Below are positions 30,551 to 41,175 of a DNA stretch of 64,000 nucleotides, one piece after another (the stretch's first letter is position 1; each line of letters opens with the position of its first letter). The notes beneath the pieces are model-generated. The model was not told where the DNA came from. It was given only the letters and a program-made list of their open reading frames with translations, and did no database searches. Where the stretch lies: assembly GCA_964542025.1 (NCBI GenBank), contig CAZISY010000005.1, positions 4,786 through 68,785 of the forward strand, written 5' to 3'. This DNA comes from an uncultured Verrucomicrobiota bacterium. Lineage in GTDB: Bacteria > Verrucomicrobiota > Kiritimatiellia > RZYC01. The position numbers and the translations under genes are program-made.

Positions 30551-30919
30551 ATGACGATGAGTGGTATATGGCTGACACTGGCAATGGCTGCACCCGGAGG
30601 AAACGCGGCAGGCGGCGGAGCAAATCAGCAATCCCCGATGTTTATGTTCGGCTGGATTGCCATCATGATTGCGATCTTTTACTTTCTGATGATCCGCCCT
30701 CAACAGAAGCGCGCCAAGGAGCGTCAAAAACTGCTGGACGCCATAAAGAGTGGGGATCGGATCGTCTTCGGCGGCGGCATACTCGGTACGGTTACTAATG
30801 TAAAAGAGAAAACCATTCTCGTAAAAATCGCCGATAACGTAAAAATCGAAGTCAGCCGCGGAGCCGTATCCCAGGTGTTGGAAAAAGGCGACACCCCGGA
30901 AGATGAACAACAGAAATAA
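30551..30919 (+). CDS. yajC: Preprotein translocase subunit YajC
   Basis: A single TM, then MIRPQQKRAKERQKLLDAIKSGDRIVFGGGILGTV, matching the YajC consensus. It immediately precedes secDF. Confidence 0.85.
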   Translation: MTMSGIWLTLAMAAPGGNAAGGGANQQSPMFMFGWIAIMIAIFYFLMIRPQQKRAKERQKLLDAIKSGDRIVFGGGILGTVTNVKEKTILVKIADNVKIEVSRGAVSQVLEKGDTPEDEQQK

Positions 30920-30961
30920 TCACTATTAGATCATCAACGAAGTAAAACAAGGAATGGAATC

Positions 30962-33493
30962 ATGGACAAGAGTGCTGTGTGGAAATGGCTGATTTTAGTG
31001 GCGATGATATGCGGATCACTGGCGCTGGTTTATCCACCAAAAGAAAAAGTTACCCTGGGATTGGATTTGCAGGGTGGCACAAGCTTTATTGTGGAAATTG
31101 ATCAGGACCAGCTGCGGGAAGAAATTCAATCCCGCGAACCCGGGTTGACCCCCGAGGAAGTCAATGCCCAAGTCAAGCAGAACATTGAACGCGGGCGTGA
31201 AATTGCACTGGAAGTGATTCGTAACCGTGTAGACGGTCTCGGAATAGCAGAGCCGATCATTTATTCAGCCAGTTACCGGGATCAGGAACGCATTATCGTT
31301 CAGCTTCCAGGGATTGATGCAGAAAAGCGCCAGTCGGCCCGCGAGTCGATTGAAAGCGTGGCATTCCTGGAGTTTCGTCTCGTTCATGAGAAAAGCGATG
31401 AGTGGACCGGCGAGTTATTTACGAAGAATAAAGCGCCCCGCGGGTTCAAAATCAGCGAACAGGGAAAGTATTTTGTGCGTGACGGTGAAACCGTCAAAGA
31501 TGAAGAGATGGATCGGGCGTTTTTCAATCAATTGAAAAAATTCGAGTATCACGCGGGCTGTGATTTGCTCTTCGAAAAAGAAGCGGATAAAAACGGACGC
31601 GAACTTTATTCCCCGTTTTATGTCGAAGTGCGCCCGCTCCTCAAAGGTGACGCGGTTAAGGCTGCTAATGTGGATTACAACAGCATGACCATGGCGCCTT
31701 ACGTTTCTATGGAGTTCAATGCGGAAGGAGCCACAAAATTCGCTAACATTACCAAAAATTACGCTCCGCGCGGCCCCAAGAATCCTAACAGCGACGAAGG
31801 CCGTCAATTAGCCATCGTGTTGGACGGCACCTTGTATTCGGCCCCGTCCATTCGCGAAGAAATTCCCAGCGGACGCGCCCAGATCACCGGAAATTTCACA
31901 ATCCAGGAATCGACGCGGCTGGCCAATGTCTTAAGTACGGGCAGCCTGCCGGTTCCCGTGCGAATTGTTCAAACGCAGTCCGTGGATCCGACCCTCGGAC
32001 GCGATTCCATTCAAAGCGGCATACGTGCGTCAGCTGCCGGATTTCTAATGGTCGTTATATTCATGCTGATCTACTACCGGAAATCCGGACTGGTCGCGGA
32101 TTTCGCGTTACTGCTGGATATTCTTCTTCTCCCGCTGGGATTGGTGGTGGCGTCCGGATTCCTGGGGTTGGTGACCAATGGCAGCAACTTTACCGGAGCT
32201 TCGGTGGGATTGCCCACGCTAACGCTTCCTGGTATAGCCGGTATTGCATTGACGTTCGGTATGGCGGTCGACGCCAATGTGCTTATTTTTGAACGCATCC
32301 GTGAGGAACTGGCTGCCGGAAAGAAGCTGGCCCCGGCCATCGCCGCAGGCTATGAGCGTGCATTCAGCGCCATTTTCGACTCCAACCTGACGACGGTCAT
32401 TTCTGCGGTGATTCTGTTTGCACTGGGGTCCGGAGCTATCCGCGGATTTGCCATCACTCTGACGGCCGGTATCGTGGTCAGCATGATCACGGCGCTGATC
32501 TATACGCGCCTGATTTTTGCGGTCATTGTGCGCTTATTCAGCCAAACAAAATTAACCATGATGACGTTCGTACGGCACACGAATATTGATTTTATCCGTA
32601 TGAGACATGTAGCGATCAGTCTTTCACTGATAATCATTGCATGCACCTGGGTGATGTTTTTCACGCGTGGCGTGAGCAATAATTTCGGCGTCGATTTTAC
32701 CGGAGGTACATCGCTGTTGTATTCCTATGATCAGAAACAGCCCATCGAAGTCATCCGGCAAACGCTGGACAATGCCGGTGTTTCCGCGACGATTCAGTAT
32801 CAATCCGAAATGGTTGGCGCAGTGGAAAGCGGAAGTGGCCTGTTGGATGTCCGCGTCGGCGAAGACGAAGGCGAGAAGACAAAGGTCGCCATGGAGAGCA
32901 GCCTGTCCCAACATGGATATAAGCTGCTTAAAGAAGACCAGGTGCGTGGCCAGGTCGGCAGTGAATTGCGGCGGAAAGGGATTATGGCGATGTTCTTTTC
33001 GCTGTTGGGAATCGTCATTTATTTAACCTTCCGATTTGAGTTTTCCTTTGCAGTTGGCGCGTTTGTCGCCCTGCTTCATGACGTACTGATTACCGTTGGG
33101 ATTTATTGTCTCCTGGGCGAACGCCTGAACCTCACGGTGGTGGCCGCGTTGCTGACCATCATTGGGTATTCCGTCAATGATACCATTGTCATATTCGACC
33201 GTGTTCGCGAAGACCTGAAGCTCGTTAAAGGAAAAACGTTCAAGGAAATCGCCAACCTGAGTATCAATCAAACGCTGAATAGAACGATTCTGACTTCGTT
33301 GACCTCTCTATTTGGTGTCGTGGCCCTTTTGCTGTTCGGAGGAGGTGCCATCTATGAATTCGCATTGACGCTCTTCATTGGTATGATAGCCGGCGTGTAT
33401 TCCACCGTCTTCATTGCCGCGCCGGTTACCATGTTCCTCCATCGCGATACCAAAGCAAAACCGGTTGTGGATGGAGAGCGTTCACGCGCATGA
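30962..33493 (+). CDS. secDF: Protein translocase SecD/SecF fusion
   Basis: An 843 aa protein with two 6-TM SecD/SecF-family membrane domains and periplasmic loops. It lies between yajC and recJ. Confidence 0.9.
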   Translation: MDKSAVWKWLILVAMICGSLALVYPPKEKVTLGLDLQGGTSFIVEIDQDQLREEIQSREPGLTPEEVNAQVKQNIERGREIALEVIRNRVDGLGIAEPIIYSASYRDQERIIVQLPGIDAEKRQSARESIESVAFLEFRLVHEKSDEWTGELFTKNKAPRGFKISEQGKYFVRDGETVKDEEMDRAFFNQLKKFEYHAGCDLLFEKEADKNGRELYSPFYVEVRPLLKGDAVKAANVDYNSMTMAPYVSMEFNAEGATKFANITKNYAPRGPKNPNSDEGRQLAIVLDGTLYSAPSIREEIPSGRAQITGNFTIQESTRLANVLSTGSLPVPVRIVQTQSVDPTLGRDSIQSGIRASAAGFLMVVIFMLIYYRKSGLVADFALLLDILLLPLGLVVASGFLGLVTNGSNFTGASVGLPTLTLPGIAGIALTFGMAVDANVLIFERIREELAAGKKLAPAIAAGYERAFSAIFDSNLTTVISAVILFALGSGAIRGFAITLTAGIVVSMITALIYTRLIFAVIVRLFSQTKLTMMTFVRHTNIDFIRMRHVAISLSLIIIACTWVMFFTRGVSNNFGVDFTGGTSLLYSYDQKQPIEVIRQTLDNAGVSATIQYQSEMVGAVESGSGLLDVRVGEDEGEKTKVAMESSLSQHGYKLLKEDQVRGQVGSELRRKGIMAMFFSLLGIVIYLTFRFEFSFAVGAFVALLHDVLITVGIYCLLGERLNLTVVAALLTIIGYSVNDTIVIFDRVREDLKLVKGKTFKEIANLSINQTLNRTILTSLTSLFGVVALLLFGGGAIYEFALTLFIGMIAGVYSTVFIAAPVTMFLHRDTKAKPVVDGERSRA

Positions 33494-33547
33494 TAACGGC
33501 TCGGGAAATTTTCCCGTGCATGCACCTGAATCCATAAATCAGTCGCC

Positions 33548-35266
33548 ATGATGAAGCGCTGGATAACGGTGCCATACAATAGTGAGGCGGCAGACCATCT
33601 GGAAAAATCCGGAGGTCTGCCGCCTGCCGTATCCAGACTGTTTTCCGCTCGTGGTTTTCAAACAATCCATCAGATCAATTCTTTCTGTGAGTCACGGTTA
33701 AGCGGATTGACAGACCCGTTTTTACTGAATGGCGTCGAACAGGCCTCGTTACGACTGATTCAGGCACTGAAGAATCATGAACGCGTCACTGTCTTTGGGG
33801 ATTATGATGTTGATGGAATCACCAGCACGGTACTCTTAACCCGTTGCCTTAACGAGTTGGGAATTCAGACAACACCTTTCATCCCTAGTCGCATCGAAGA
33901 GGGGTATGGTGTAAGCACAGAAGCGATGAAACGGTGTGTGGAAGATACTGCACCCAACTTGATCGTAACGGTGGACTGCGGAGTCTCTGCCGTTAAACAG
34001 GTGAAAGAAGCGAACGACCTCGGAATTGATGTCATTATTACCGATCATCATGAACCGGGCGATGAGGTTCCCGATGCAGTTGCCGTAATTAATCCTAAAC
34101 TTCAATCCGCATCACCATTCAGTGACATTGCCGGCGTTGGTGTTGCTTTTAAGCTTCTTCACGGTTTAGTCAAGTACGGACGACTGGCGAAACTTCCGTT
34201 GTTTGATTCCTTCGATCTGCGGCATCGGCTGGACTTCGTGGCCGTTGGCTCCATATGTGACGTAGTTCCTCTCACCGACGAAAATAGAGTTTTCGCTAAG
34301 CAGGGATTAAACTACCTGAAAAAGACTCAAATTCCCGGCTTTGTCGCATTGGCGGAATGTGCCGGACTATCTCTTGAAACTATAGGCAGTTATCAAGTGG
34401 GCTTTCATCTTGGACCACGTCTTAATGCTGCAGGAAGAATTGCAGAAGCTGAAACATCGTTGAAGCTCCTGCTGACCGATGATTTTGACGAAGCCAGGAA
34501 AAATGCTGAATTATTGAATGCGTTTAACTTGGAACGTCGAAAAATGGAGGAAAGGATACTAAATGAAGCGTGTGAACAAATAGAAATGTCAAAAACCGCT
34601 AAAGAACGAATTTTTCTGATTGTCCAATCAAAGAATTGGCATCCCGGCGTAATCGGAATAGTGGCTTCAAGACTTGTGCAGAAATACTATCGGCCAACGG
34701 CGGTTATTTCATTTGATGAGAATGGATTGGGCAGGGGATCGGCCCGTAGTATTGAAAGCTTTAACCTTGTTGAATCCATTGAGGCTTTTTCTTATTGTCT
34801 GGAGAAATTTGGCGGACATCCAATGGCGGCTGGATTCAGTATAAAAGAAGCTAAACTTGAGGAGTTTTCTGAGTTAATCAACACCTACGCATCCCAAAAA
34901 CTGGGTCAGCATGATCTTCATCCAGTCGTTCATGTAGATTGTACTCTTTTTATGAGAGAATTTGATGAGGTACTGTACCAATGGGTGGAACAATTAGAAC
35001 CTTTCGGGACAAAAAACAGCAAACCTGTTTTTGCCTTCTGCGATGAACAAGTTTTCGTCACAGAAAAAAAACTGGTTGGACAAAAACATACCCGAGTCAC
35101 GATAACGGATGGCTCCCACTTTGTTCGCGGGATATATTTTAACCATCAGCCTCACGAGATTCCCGAGCAGCATCAGCACGTTAAGATTGCTTTCAGTGCC
35201 CAGCTCAACACTTTTCGGGATACGGCTCAGCTGGAAATGCAAATAGTTGATATTCAGCCTGCATGA
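33548..35266 (+). CDS. recJ: Single-stranded-DNA-specific exonuclease RecJ
   Basis: DHH motifs (VFGDYDVDGITS, ITDHHE) and the DHHA1 motif (GGHPMAAG). Confidence 0.9.
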   Translation: MMKRWITVPYNSEAADHLEKSGGLPPAVSRLFSARGFQTIHQINSFCESRLSGLTDPFLLNGVEQASLRLIQALKNHERVTVFGDYDVDGITSTVLLTRCLNELGIQTTPFIPSRIEEGYGVSTEAMKRCVEDTAPNLIVTVDCGVSAVKQVKEANDLGIDVIITDHHEPGDEVPDAVAVINPKLQSASPFSDIAGVGVAFKLLHGLVKYGRLAKLPLFDSFDLRHRLDFVAVGSICDVVPLTDENRVFAKQGLNYLKKTQIPGFVALAECAGLSLETIGSYQVGFHLGPRLNAAGRIAEAETSLKLLLTDDFDEARKNAELLNAFNLERRKMEERILNEACEQIEMSKTAKERIFLIVQSKNWHPGVIGIVASRLVQKYYRPTAVISFDENGLGRGSARSIESFNLVESIEAFSYCLEKFGGHPMAAGFSIKEAKLEEFSELINTYASQKLGQHDLHPVVHVDCTLFMREFDEVLYQWVEQLEPFGTKNSKPVFAFCDEQVFVTEKKLVGQKHTRVTITDGSHFVRGIYFNHQPHEIPEQHQHVKIAFSAQLNTFRDTAQLEMQIVDIQPA

Positions 35267-35503
35267 GAAATAATAATGGGGTGTGCGTGCCTAAACGCCA
35301 TTGCATTTTCTTCGAAGCAAGTAACGTCGCATAATATAGGTTATGCGCATATTATGGCTGCGGGCCGTACAATATATGGTGTTTTTGCTTATTAACAGCC
35401 TGTTTAAATCACATACGTCAGGCGGGAGTACTGTATAACAATGAACTGGGGAGTTCGAGTGAGACTAGAGCTTAATTACACGGGATACGGCAATATAAGA
35501 AAA

Positions 35504-36967
35504 CTAAGACTTCAACGCTTTTTCATAGACGGCAATATAGTCACGCGCAGCAGTACTCCACGAGTGTTCCTCACGCATGATTCTCGATCTCAAGAGGCTC
35601 CAAAAAGTTTTGTTGCGATACTTTTCAAGTGCTAATTCCAGCGTTTGAAGCAGAGCCGCCCCGGAATACTCATTAAAAACAAAGCCATTTCCGACCGGCG
35701 GCAATTCCCCTTGGGACACACTGTCGTCACAATTGTGAATAGTATCCTTTAAACCACCTGTTGCATGTACTATGGGGACCGTTCCATAGCGAAGACTGTA
35801 CATTTGGTTCAGCCCGCAGGGTTCAAACCGTGACGGCATGAGGAACATATCCGACCCGGCTTCAATTTTATGAGATAACCCCGAATTGAACTCCAGTCGA
35901 ACAGCGAACTTCCCAGGCCAACGCTTGGCCCACTCCAAACACAAATCATGGTATTTCTGCTGACCGGTCCCCAGTACAACCAGAGATAGGTCATGCTGCA
36001 TTATTCGTTCAATACTCTGGGCTAAAATATCCAACCCTTTTTGTTCGGCCAAACGCGTCACCATCCCGATGAGCGGTCGCGATGGTTCAAAATCAAGCCC
36101 CATCTCTTTTAGTAGCGCCGTTTTACAAAAGTGTTTACCATCAATTTTATTGTCGCTGAATTGTGCGGCAATATAAGGATCAGTTTCTGGATTCCACTCG
36201 TCACAGTTCACACCATTTAATATGCCGACGAGGCGTTCACCCTTATCCATCAAAACGCCGTGCAAACCACAACCGTGTTCTTCGGTGCGTATTTCAGACG
36301 CGTAAGATTGGCTTACGGTAGTTGCATATTGGGACACCACAATTCCAGCCTTCATGCAGTTGAGCTGATTGTAATACTCAATTTCATACATGTTATAGCA
36401 AGAAAAAGGCAAATTCGATATGGGGAAAGAACTGCCTGGATAGACCCCCTGGTACGCCAAATTATGAATGGTAAAAACTGTTTTTTCTGTTTGCTGCCTC
36501 CCCCCTCCATGAATGCCGTGCCGCAGAAATAGAGGAAGCAATCCGGTTTGCCAATCATTCGCATGAACCAGGTCTGGACGCATTTTTAACGCGTCAATCA
36601 ATGCAACGACGGCCTTTTGAAAAAAAGTAAACCGCTCAAAGTTGTCATCATAATCCCGCGTGGATAACCCATAGAGATAGGTGCGATCAAAAAATTCATC
36701 ACGACGAATGTAGTAGGTTTTCGGAAAGTCTACTTCGTCAATCCAAACCTCTGCGGTGTGATTGCTTAGTCCAACAGGTATTTGCAGCCGCATTTGCGTA
36801 TCACGCAGATTACTATTTTTCTCAATAATCTGCCGGTAACAAGGAACTACGCGTACCACGTCGACGCCAAGAGATTGAAGGGCATCAGGGAGCGCTTTAG
36901 CTATATCGGCAAGCCCCCCTGTTGATGCGTACGGACTGATCTCACTTGCTGCAAAAAGTACTTTCAT
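35504..36967 (-). CDS. glgA: Glycogen synthase (ADP-glucose type, GT5)
   Basis: N-terminus MKVLFAASEISPYASTGGLADIA is the GlgA K-x-G-G-L motif. The C-terminal GT-B domain has the EPCGLNQMYSLRYGT motif. Confidence 0.85.
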   Translation of the reverse strand: MKVLFAASEISPYASTGGLADIAKALPDALQSLGVDVVRVVPCYRQIIEKNSNLRDTQMRLQIPVGLSNHTAEVWIDEVDFPKTYYIRRDEFFDRTYLYGLSTRDYDDNFERFTFFQKAVVALIDALKMRPDLVHANDWQTGLLPLFLRHGIHGGGRQQTEKTVFTIHNLAYQGVYPGSSFPISNLPFSCYNMYEIEYYNQLNCMKAGIVVSQYATTVSQSYASEIRTEEHGCGLHGVLMDKGERLVGILNGVNCDEWNPETDPYIAAQFSDNKIDGKHFCKTALLKEMGLDFEPSRPLIGMVTRLAEQKGLDILAQSIERIMQHDLSLVVLGTGQQKYHDLCLEWAKRWPGKFAVRLEFNSGLSHKIEAGSDMFLMPSRFEPCGLNQMYSLRYGTVPIVHATGGLKDTIHNCDDSVSQGELPPVGNGFVFNEYSGAALLQTLELALEKYRNKTFWSLLRSRIMREEHSWSTAARDYIAVYEKALKS

Positions 36968-37019
36968 CGGAGTAGTTACCAACAGAACACCAACACAAAT
37001 TTTTTGAATGCTAAAGGAT

Positions 37020-37964
37020 TCAGCGGACAAGGTAAATCATTTTCTTGAGTACATTGTCTCGTTCAACGTCCAGTACAATAGCACTTAGACGATTGTTGAC
37101 AAATTCTTTTAAAAAATACTCCCCCCGCGTCTGACTGGTCATGTTCATGGAGTTCACTTTGCGAATGCGATCCCCCTGTTCCAGTCCCATTTCTTTAAAA
37201 AAAGTTTTTTCACCAACCATATCCAACTCATAACCTGTTATTTTTTTGTCAGGATTGTAATCCGGCTTAAGCGAGATGTATATCGAAGCAAGTCGCTCGG
37301 GATCATCCAGTAGCTCGGAATAGTAATCCATCAACACTTTCCGGTTAAGAATCCACCGATTTTCACCGATTTGTTTGGCCATAAAGGACGCATCCTTCCC
37401 TTGTTCCGTTTCGTTTCGTTCGGAAGAACCGAATGGGGTTCCCCCTTCCGCACGATCATGAAAAGCAATCAGAAGAACTCGCTCCTCGTCCCCTTTTTTC
37501 AGTCGAATGCGATCCCGGTCGATACTGACAACCTGATACTCCTGGAGAAACATTTGCTCCTGCAGAACAAGTTGTTCACCTGTTTGCAGGTGATCAATGA
37601 TGGCCGCTCTGATCACATGACCGTTTCGATGATCACCGGAAAAAAAAGTGCCTGCCAAGCGATACAAAGCGTCTAGCTGGTTGTCCGACGTTGTTATGGG
37701 TTGCCCTAAAGATTTCAATGGAGACCATATGAAACGTACGGTATCTGTGGCACCATAATCAGAATGCAATTCGCACGATTGCATGCTGGATGACGGGGCG
37801 GATATCGAGTGAGACACTCGTCTGGACCAAAGCCCTCCATACAGCAGGCCGGCCGATAATAAGGCCAGTACAAGCAGTACCTGAATTTTGTTACGAATGA
37901 CTCTGTTCATGATGAAAAAAAAGGCGAAAGGACTTGTAAGCCGGATTTTGTATCGTTTTTTCAA
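37020..37964 (-). CDS. Hypothetical membrane-anchored protein with a C-terminal PDZ-like segment (GspC/PilP-like?)
   Basis: N-terminal TM (IQVLLVLALLSAGLLYGG). The C-terminus has a PDZ-like pattern. No confident family assignment. Confidence 0.4.
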   Translation of the reverse strand: MKKRYKIRLTSPFAFFFIMNRVIRNKIQVLLVLALLSAGLLYGGLWSRRVSHSISAPSSSMQSCELHSDYGATDTVRFIWSPLKSLGQPITTSDNQLDALYRLAGTFFSGDHRNGHVIRAAIIDHLQTGEQLVLQEQMFLQEYQVVSIDRDRIRLKKGDEERVLLIAFHDRAEGGTPFGSSERNETEQGKDASFMAKQIGENRWILNRKVLMDYYSELLDDPERLASIYISLKPDYNPDKKITGYELDMVGEKTFFKEMGLEQGDRIRKVNSMNMTSQTRGEYFLKEFVNNRLSAIVLDVERDNVLKKMIYLVR

Positions 37965-38303
37965 ACGATCCTGGTCATTTATCTAATGCGATCAACCCGG
38001 AACTTTTCCGGTTTTTACACCGGATTGAAGCGGGCCGCTTCTTGTTCCCTATTTGATCTTGCTCCGGATGGGGTTTGCCCTGCCCCCGCCATTACTGTCG
38101 GGGCGGTGGTCTCTTACACCACCATTTCACCCTTATCCCGTTACCGGGACGGTATATTTTCTGTGGCACTTTCCATCTCACACGTTATGACATGTGAGTC
38201 CCAGGCTTTCACCGGGGCATCCTGCCCTATGGAGTCCGGACTTTCCTCTCCGCAACCAGCGGTTGCGCAGCGACCAAGCCATCCTTTCGCCATTTAATCG
38301 TTT
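37964..38303 (-). ncRNA. rnpB: RNase P RNA (bacterial type A), rnpB
   Basis: The minus strand carries GGAGAGGAAAGUCCGGACUCCAUAGGGCAGGAUGCC (the P4 region), AUAAGGGUGAAAUGGUGGUGUAAGAGACCACC, and CCAUCCGGAGCAAGAUCAAAUAGGGAACA...AGUUCCGGGUUGAUCG, matching the conserved RNase P RNA cores. The ends are approximate. Confidence 0.85.
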
Positions 38304-39001
38304 CTATATACAATTCTTCCGCAATAAGAACACACCGTCAGCGAATCATTGCGCTTAGCATTATTCACCAATTGGGGCGGTAAATTCATGTGACAGCCTC
38401 CGCATGATCCATTTTCGATCGGTACTACAGCTCCGGTTTTTACATGCTTCATGATACGATCATAACGGCCGAGTACATCTACGGGGACTGGTGTAATGAA
38501 TTGACTTCTTTCATTGTTTACGGTTTCTATCTGTTCTTTCAAGAACGACGCACGCTCATCCATTTTTTTCAACGCTTCAGCAATATGCTCCTCGTCGGCC
38601 TTCATGCCAATTTGAATGTCCTGGAGGCGTTTTTTCGTCTCTTCCACTTTTCCCATCAGCAGTAATTCTCTGTCTTCGAGAGCTGCGATCTCCTGTTTAG
38701 CCTTTGCAATTTCCTGTTCCAATGCGCGATATTCGTCGTTGTTTTTTATCTGAAACTGCTGTTCCCGATACTTTCGTATTCTGGCATTGATCTGTTCAAT
38801 CTCTGTTTCCGTATCCTTGACAGCGACCATGGTTGCCTTCAATTCATCGTTAGCGTTTTGCAGTGAACATCGATGAGCATTAAGGCGACTGTCGAGTTCT
38901 TTTTTTCTCTGGGGAATATCCTTGGCTTCCTGTACCAGCCTTCCCAGTTTGACATCTTTCTCCTGAACGATCAGTAGACTTTCAATCATTGTTGTTGCCA
39001 C
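38294..39001 (-). CDS. COG1579/DUF164-family coiled-coil protein with a C-terminal C4 zinc ribbon
   Basis: A long coiled coil, then CGGCHMNLPPQ...CSYCGRIVY, a Zn ribbon characteristic of the HP0958/YqiC-like family. Confidence 0.65.
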   Translation of the reverse strand: MATTMIESLLIVQEKDVKLGRLVQEAKDIPQRKKELDSRLNAHRCSLQNANDELKATMVAVKDTETEIEQINARIRKYREQQFQIKNNDEYRALEQEIAKAKQEIAALEDRELLLMGKVEETKKRLQDIQIGMKADEEHIAEALKKMDERASFLKEQIETVNNERSQFITPVPVDVLGRYDRIMKHVKTGAVVPIENGSCGGCHMNLPPQLVNNAKRNDSLTVCSYCGRIVYRND

Positions 39002-39040
39002 GATATTCCTTTCCCCTCTACGATATGTTGCGTGTCCTAG

Positions 39041-39403
39041 TCATTCGGTTTTTTTACTCATCAGGCGGTTACGTTCATCCACATGAATAATGCAGGGGCG
39101 GTGTTTTCCCAATTCGGCCTCATCCAGTTGGCAGTACGTAATGATAATCACCTGATCGCCAACCATTCCCTGCCTGGCTGCCGGTCCATTAAGCATCACT
39201 TCCCCTGTGTTACGGGCCCCCTCAATGGCATAAGTAATCAGCCGCTCGCCGTTGTTCACATTCAAAACATGAACCTGTTCTCCGGGAAGAATACCCGCTG
39301 CTTCAATGAGCACCGGATCAATGCTGATGCTACCTTCATAGTGTAATTCAAGTCCGGTTAAAGCCGCTCGGTGGATTTTAGATTTCAGCATGATTCTTTG
39401 CAT
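39041..39403 (-). CDS. panD: Aspartate 1-decarboxylase
   Basis: MLKSKIHRA...GSISID (pyruvoyl-forming Gly-Ser) ...YAIEG is the canonical PanD pattern. Confidence 0.9.
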   Translation of the reverse strand: MQRIMLKSKIHRAALTGLELHYEGSISIDPVLIEAAGILPGEQVHVLNVNNGERLITYAIEGARNTGEVMLNGPAARQGMVGDQVIIITYCQLDEAELGKHRPCIIHVDERNRLMSKKTE

Positions 39404-39415
39404 GGTCGAGCCGTC

Positions 39416-40066
39416 CTATTCACAAATCAGACCTGTTTCGCGCAGAGATTCCCAAGTAACCATTCCGGGAATGCTTCCCCGTTCGAGTAATCTCCTAACA
39501 TATTTGCCCAAGAGGTCAATTTCAAGATTAACGAGCATCCCTTTTTTGAGCTCGCCAAACGTGGTATGCTCGAACGTGAACGGAATAATATGTACACAAA
39601 AGGAACTCTTTTTCAGTTCTGCAACAGTCAGGCTTACGCCGTCAATACTCACAGACCCTTTGTAGACAACTCCGTCCATCATCTCCTTTGAGCAGGAAAA
39701 CTCGAAAGCCCAATCGCGGCCAACCTGCTGAATGGACTCTACAACCGCAGTACCATCAACATGCCCAACAACAATATGCCCCCCCATCTCCTGTCCCCAT
39801 CGCAGTGATCGCTCCATATTAATACATTGTGAAACTTTTTTCTGGCCCAGTGTCGTTCGATCAAACGTTTCGCGCAAAACATCAAAATGCAGGGCGTTTT
39901 GTTCGATGCGTGTAACAGTCAGACAAATTCCCGAAACAGCCACACTTTCACCGGCTTCCAGGGGGTGATCCCACGGGGTTTGCGGATCAATAACGATGTG
40001 CCCCCACTTTTCCTTCAAATCCAATGACTGAATGATCCCCTTCTTTTCCACAATGCCACTAAACAT
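39416..40066 (-). CDS. ribE: Riboflavin synthase (alpha subunit)
   Basis: N-terminal MFSGIVE...G, and the duplicated lumazine-binding domain motifs GxSxxxxGVxLT. Confidence 0.85.
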   Translation of the reverse strand: MFSGIVEKKGIIQSLDLKEKWGHIVIDPQTPWDHPLEAGESVAVSGICLTVTRIEQNALHFDVLRETFDRTTLGQKKVSQCINMERSLRWGQEMGGHIVVGHVDGTAVVESIQQVGRDWAFEFSCSKEMMDGVVYKGSVSIDGVSLTVAELKKSSFCVHIIPFTFEHTTFGELKKGMLVNLEIDLLGKYVRRLLERGSIPGMVTWESLRETGLICE

Positions 40067-40068
40067 AG

Positions 40069-41175
40069 TTATCTCCTGTGATTAATCTGCGACGAAAGCA
40101 ACACATCACCACCGACTCGGCGTACTTCATCCCATGCAAAGCCTGGTTTGTTGGTCATGCTCCAAAACACGCCATCCAGGGCCGGTACACCCGAGGAGCC
40201 CAGAAGCGTGGGGGCAATGAAGAGGAAGAGTCGATCCACAAGATTCTCCTGCATCAGGGTTCCTGCCAAACGCCCGCCTCCTTCGCATAACACATGCAGT
40301 ATACCCATTTCCCCCAACCTGCTCAGAAGATCATGAAGATCAACCCGCTCATTGTCGGCTCGGCACGTAATCACGGTCACTCCACGCTCCCTAATGCGTT
40401 TTAATTTACGACCCGCAGCGAGCTCCGTTGTTGCCACAATTGTCTGATCCGCGTGCTCGGCAATGACGCGCGAAGCACAGGATATTTTCGCCTGTGAATC
40501 TACAATCACACGCCAGGGGTTACGTCCGCAGGCAGGTGAAGGAAGAAGGCACGGGTCATCTGATTGAACAGTATTGATTCCAACCATCACGGCATCCGCA
40601 GTGCGTCTTAACCGCTGCACTTCCCGGCGAGAATCCGCCCCGGTAATCCATCGCGACTTACCCGTTCCGTCTGCAATTCTTCCGTCTGCCGTCATTGCAA
40701 GCTTGAGACTCAACAGGGGCCTTTTATCAAGTACCCACCGTGAAAAAGGTGCCAGTAACGCTTCCGCTTCTTTTCGGCAGACCCCGGTCGCCACTTCAAC
40801 GCCTGCATGGCGCAGGAGGGCAAACCCCTTGTTATGATGTTTTGGATTTGGATCGGGAATCGCCGCGACGACACGCTTGATGCCGCATTCAATGATTCGG
40901 TCGGTGCATGGCGGCGTTCTTCCCGTTGTGCAACAGGGCTCCAGAGTAACATATAATGTGGCACCACATGCCGCTGCACCGGCTCGACGCAAGGCGACTT
41001 TTTCAGCATGTTCCAATCCAGCCCGCTTATGATAGCCCTCAGCGACGATTCGATCACCGCGTACAACGACCGCACCCACCGGCGGATTGGGTCTGGTCAG
41101 GCCGACTCCTCGACTTGCCTGTGCAAGGGCCCTTTGCATCCAATACGCATCTGAATTATTTATGGATTCAGTCAT
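40069..41175 (-). CDS. ribD: Bifunctional diaminohydroxyphosphoribosylaminopyrimidine deaminase / 5-amino-6-(5-phosphoribosylamino)uracil reductase
   Basis: CDA zinc motif HAEKVALRRAG...PCCTTGRTPPC, and the reductase-domain motif LLLFIAPTLLGSSGVP. Confidence 0.9.
   Translation of the reverse strand: MTESINNSDAYWMQRALAQASRGVGLTRPNPPVGAVVVRGDRIVAEGYHKRAGLEHAEKVALRRAGAAACGATLYVTLEPCCTTGRTPPCTDRIIECGIKRVVAAIPDPNPKHHNKGFALLRHAGVEVATGVCRKEAEALLAPFSRWVLDKRPLLSLKLAMTADGRIADGTGKSRWITGADSRREVQRLRRTADAVMVGINTVQSDDPCLLPSPACGRNPWRVIVDSQAKISCASRVIAEHADQTIVATTELAAGRKLKRIRERGVTVITCRADNERVDLHDLLSRLGEMGILHVLCEGGGRLAGTLMQENLVDRLFLFIAPTLLGSSGVPALDGVFWSMTNKPGFAWDEVRRVGGDVLLSSQINHRR

Noticed and set aside
35267-35503. 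AT-rich 237 bp convergent intergenic region (recJ/glgA) as a possible ncRNA
   Set aside because: There is no conserved structural motif or strong hairpin. It is most simply a termination region for two convergent genes.
37986-38297. 103 aa ORF
   Set aside because: It lies within the RNase P RNA gene, whose conserved P4 and other core sequences are recognisable on the minus strand.
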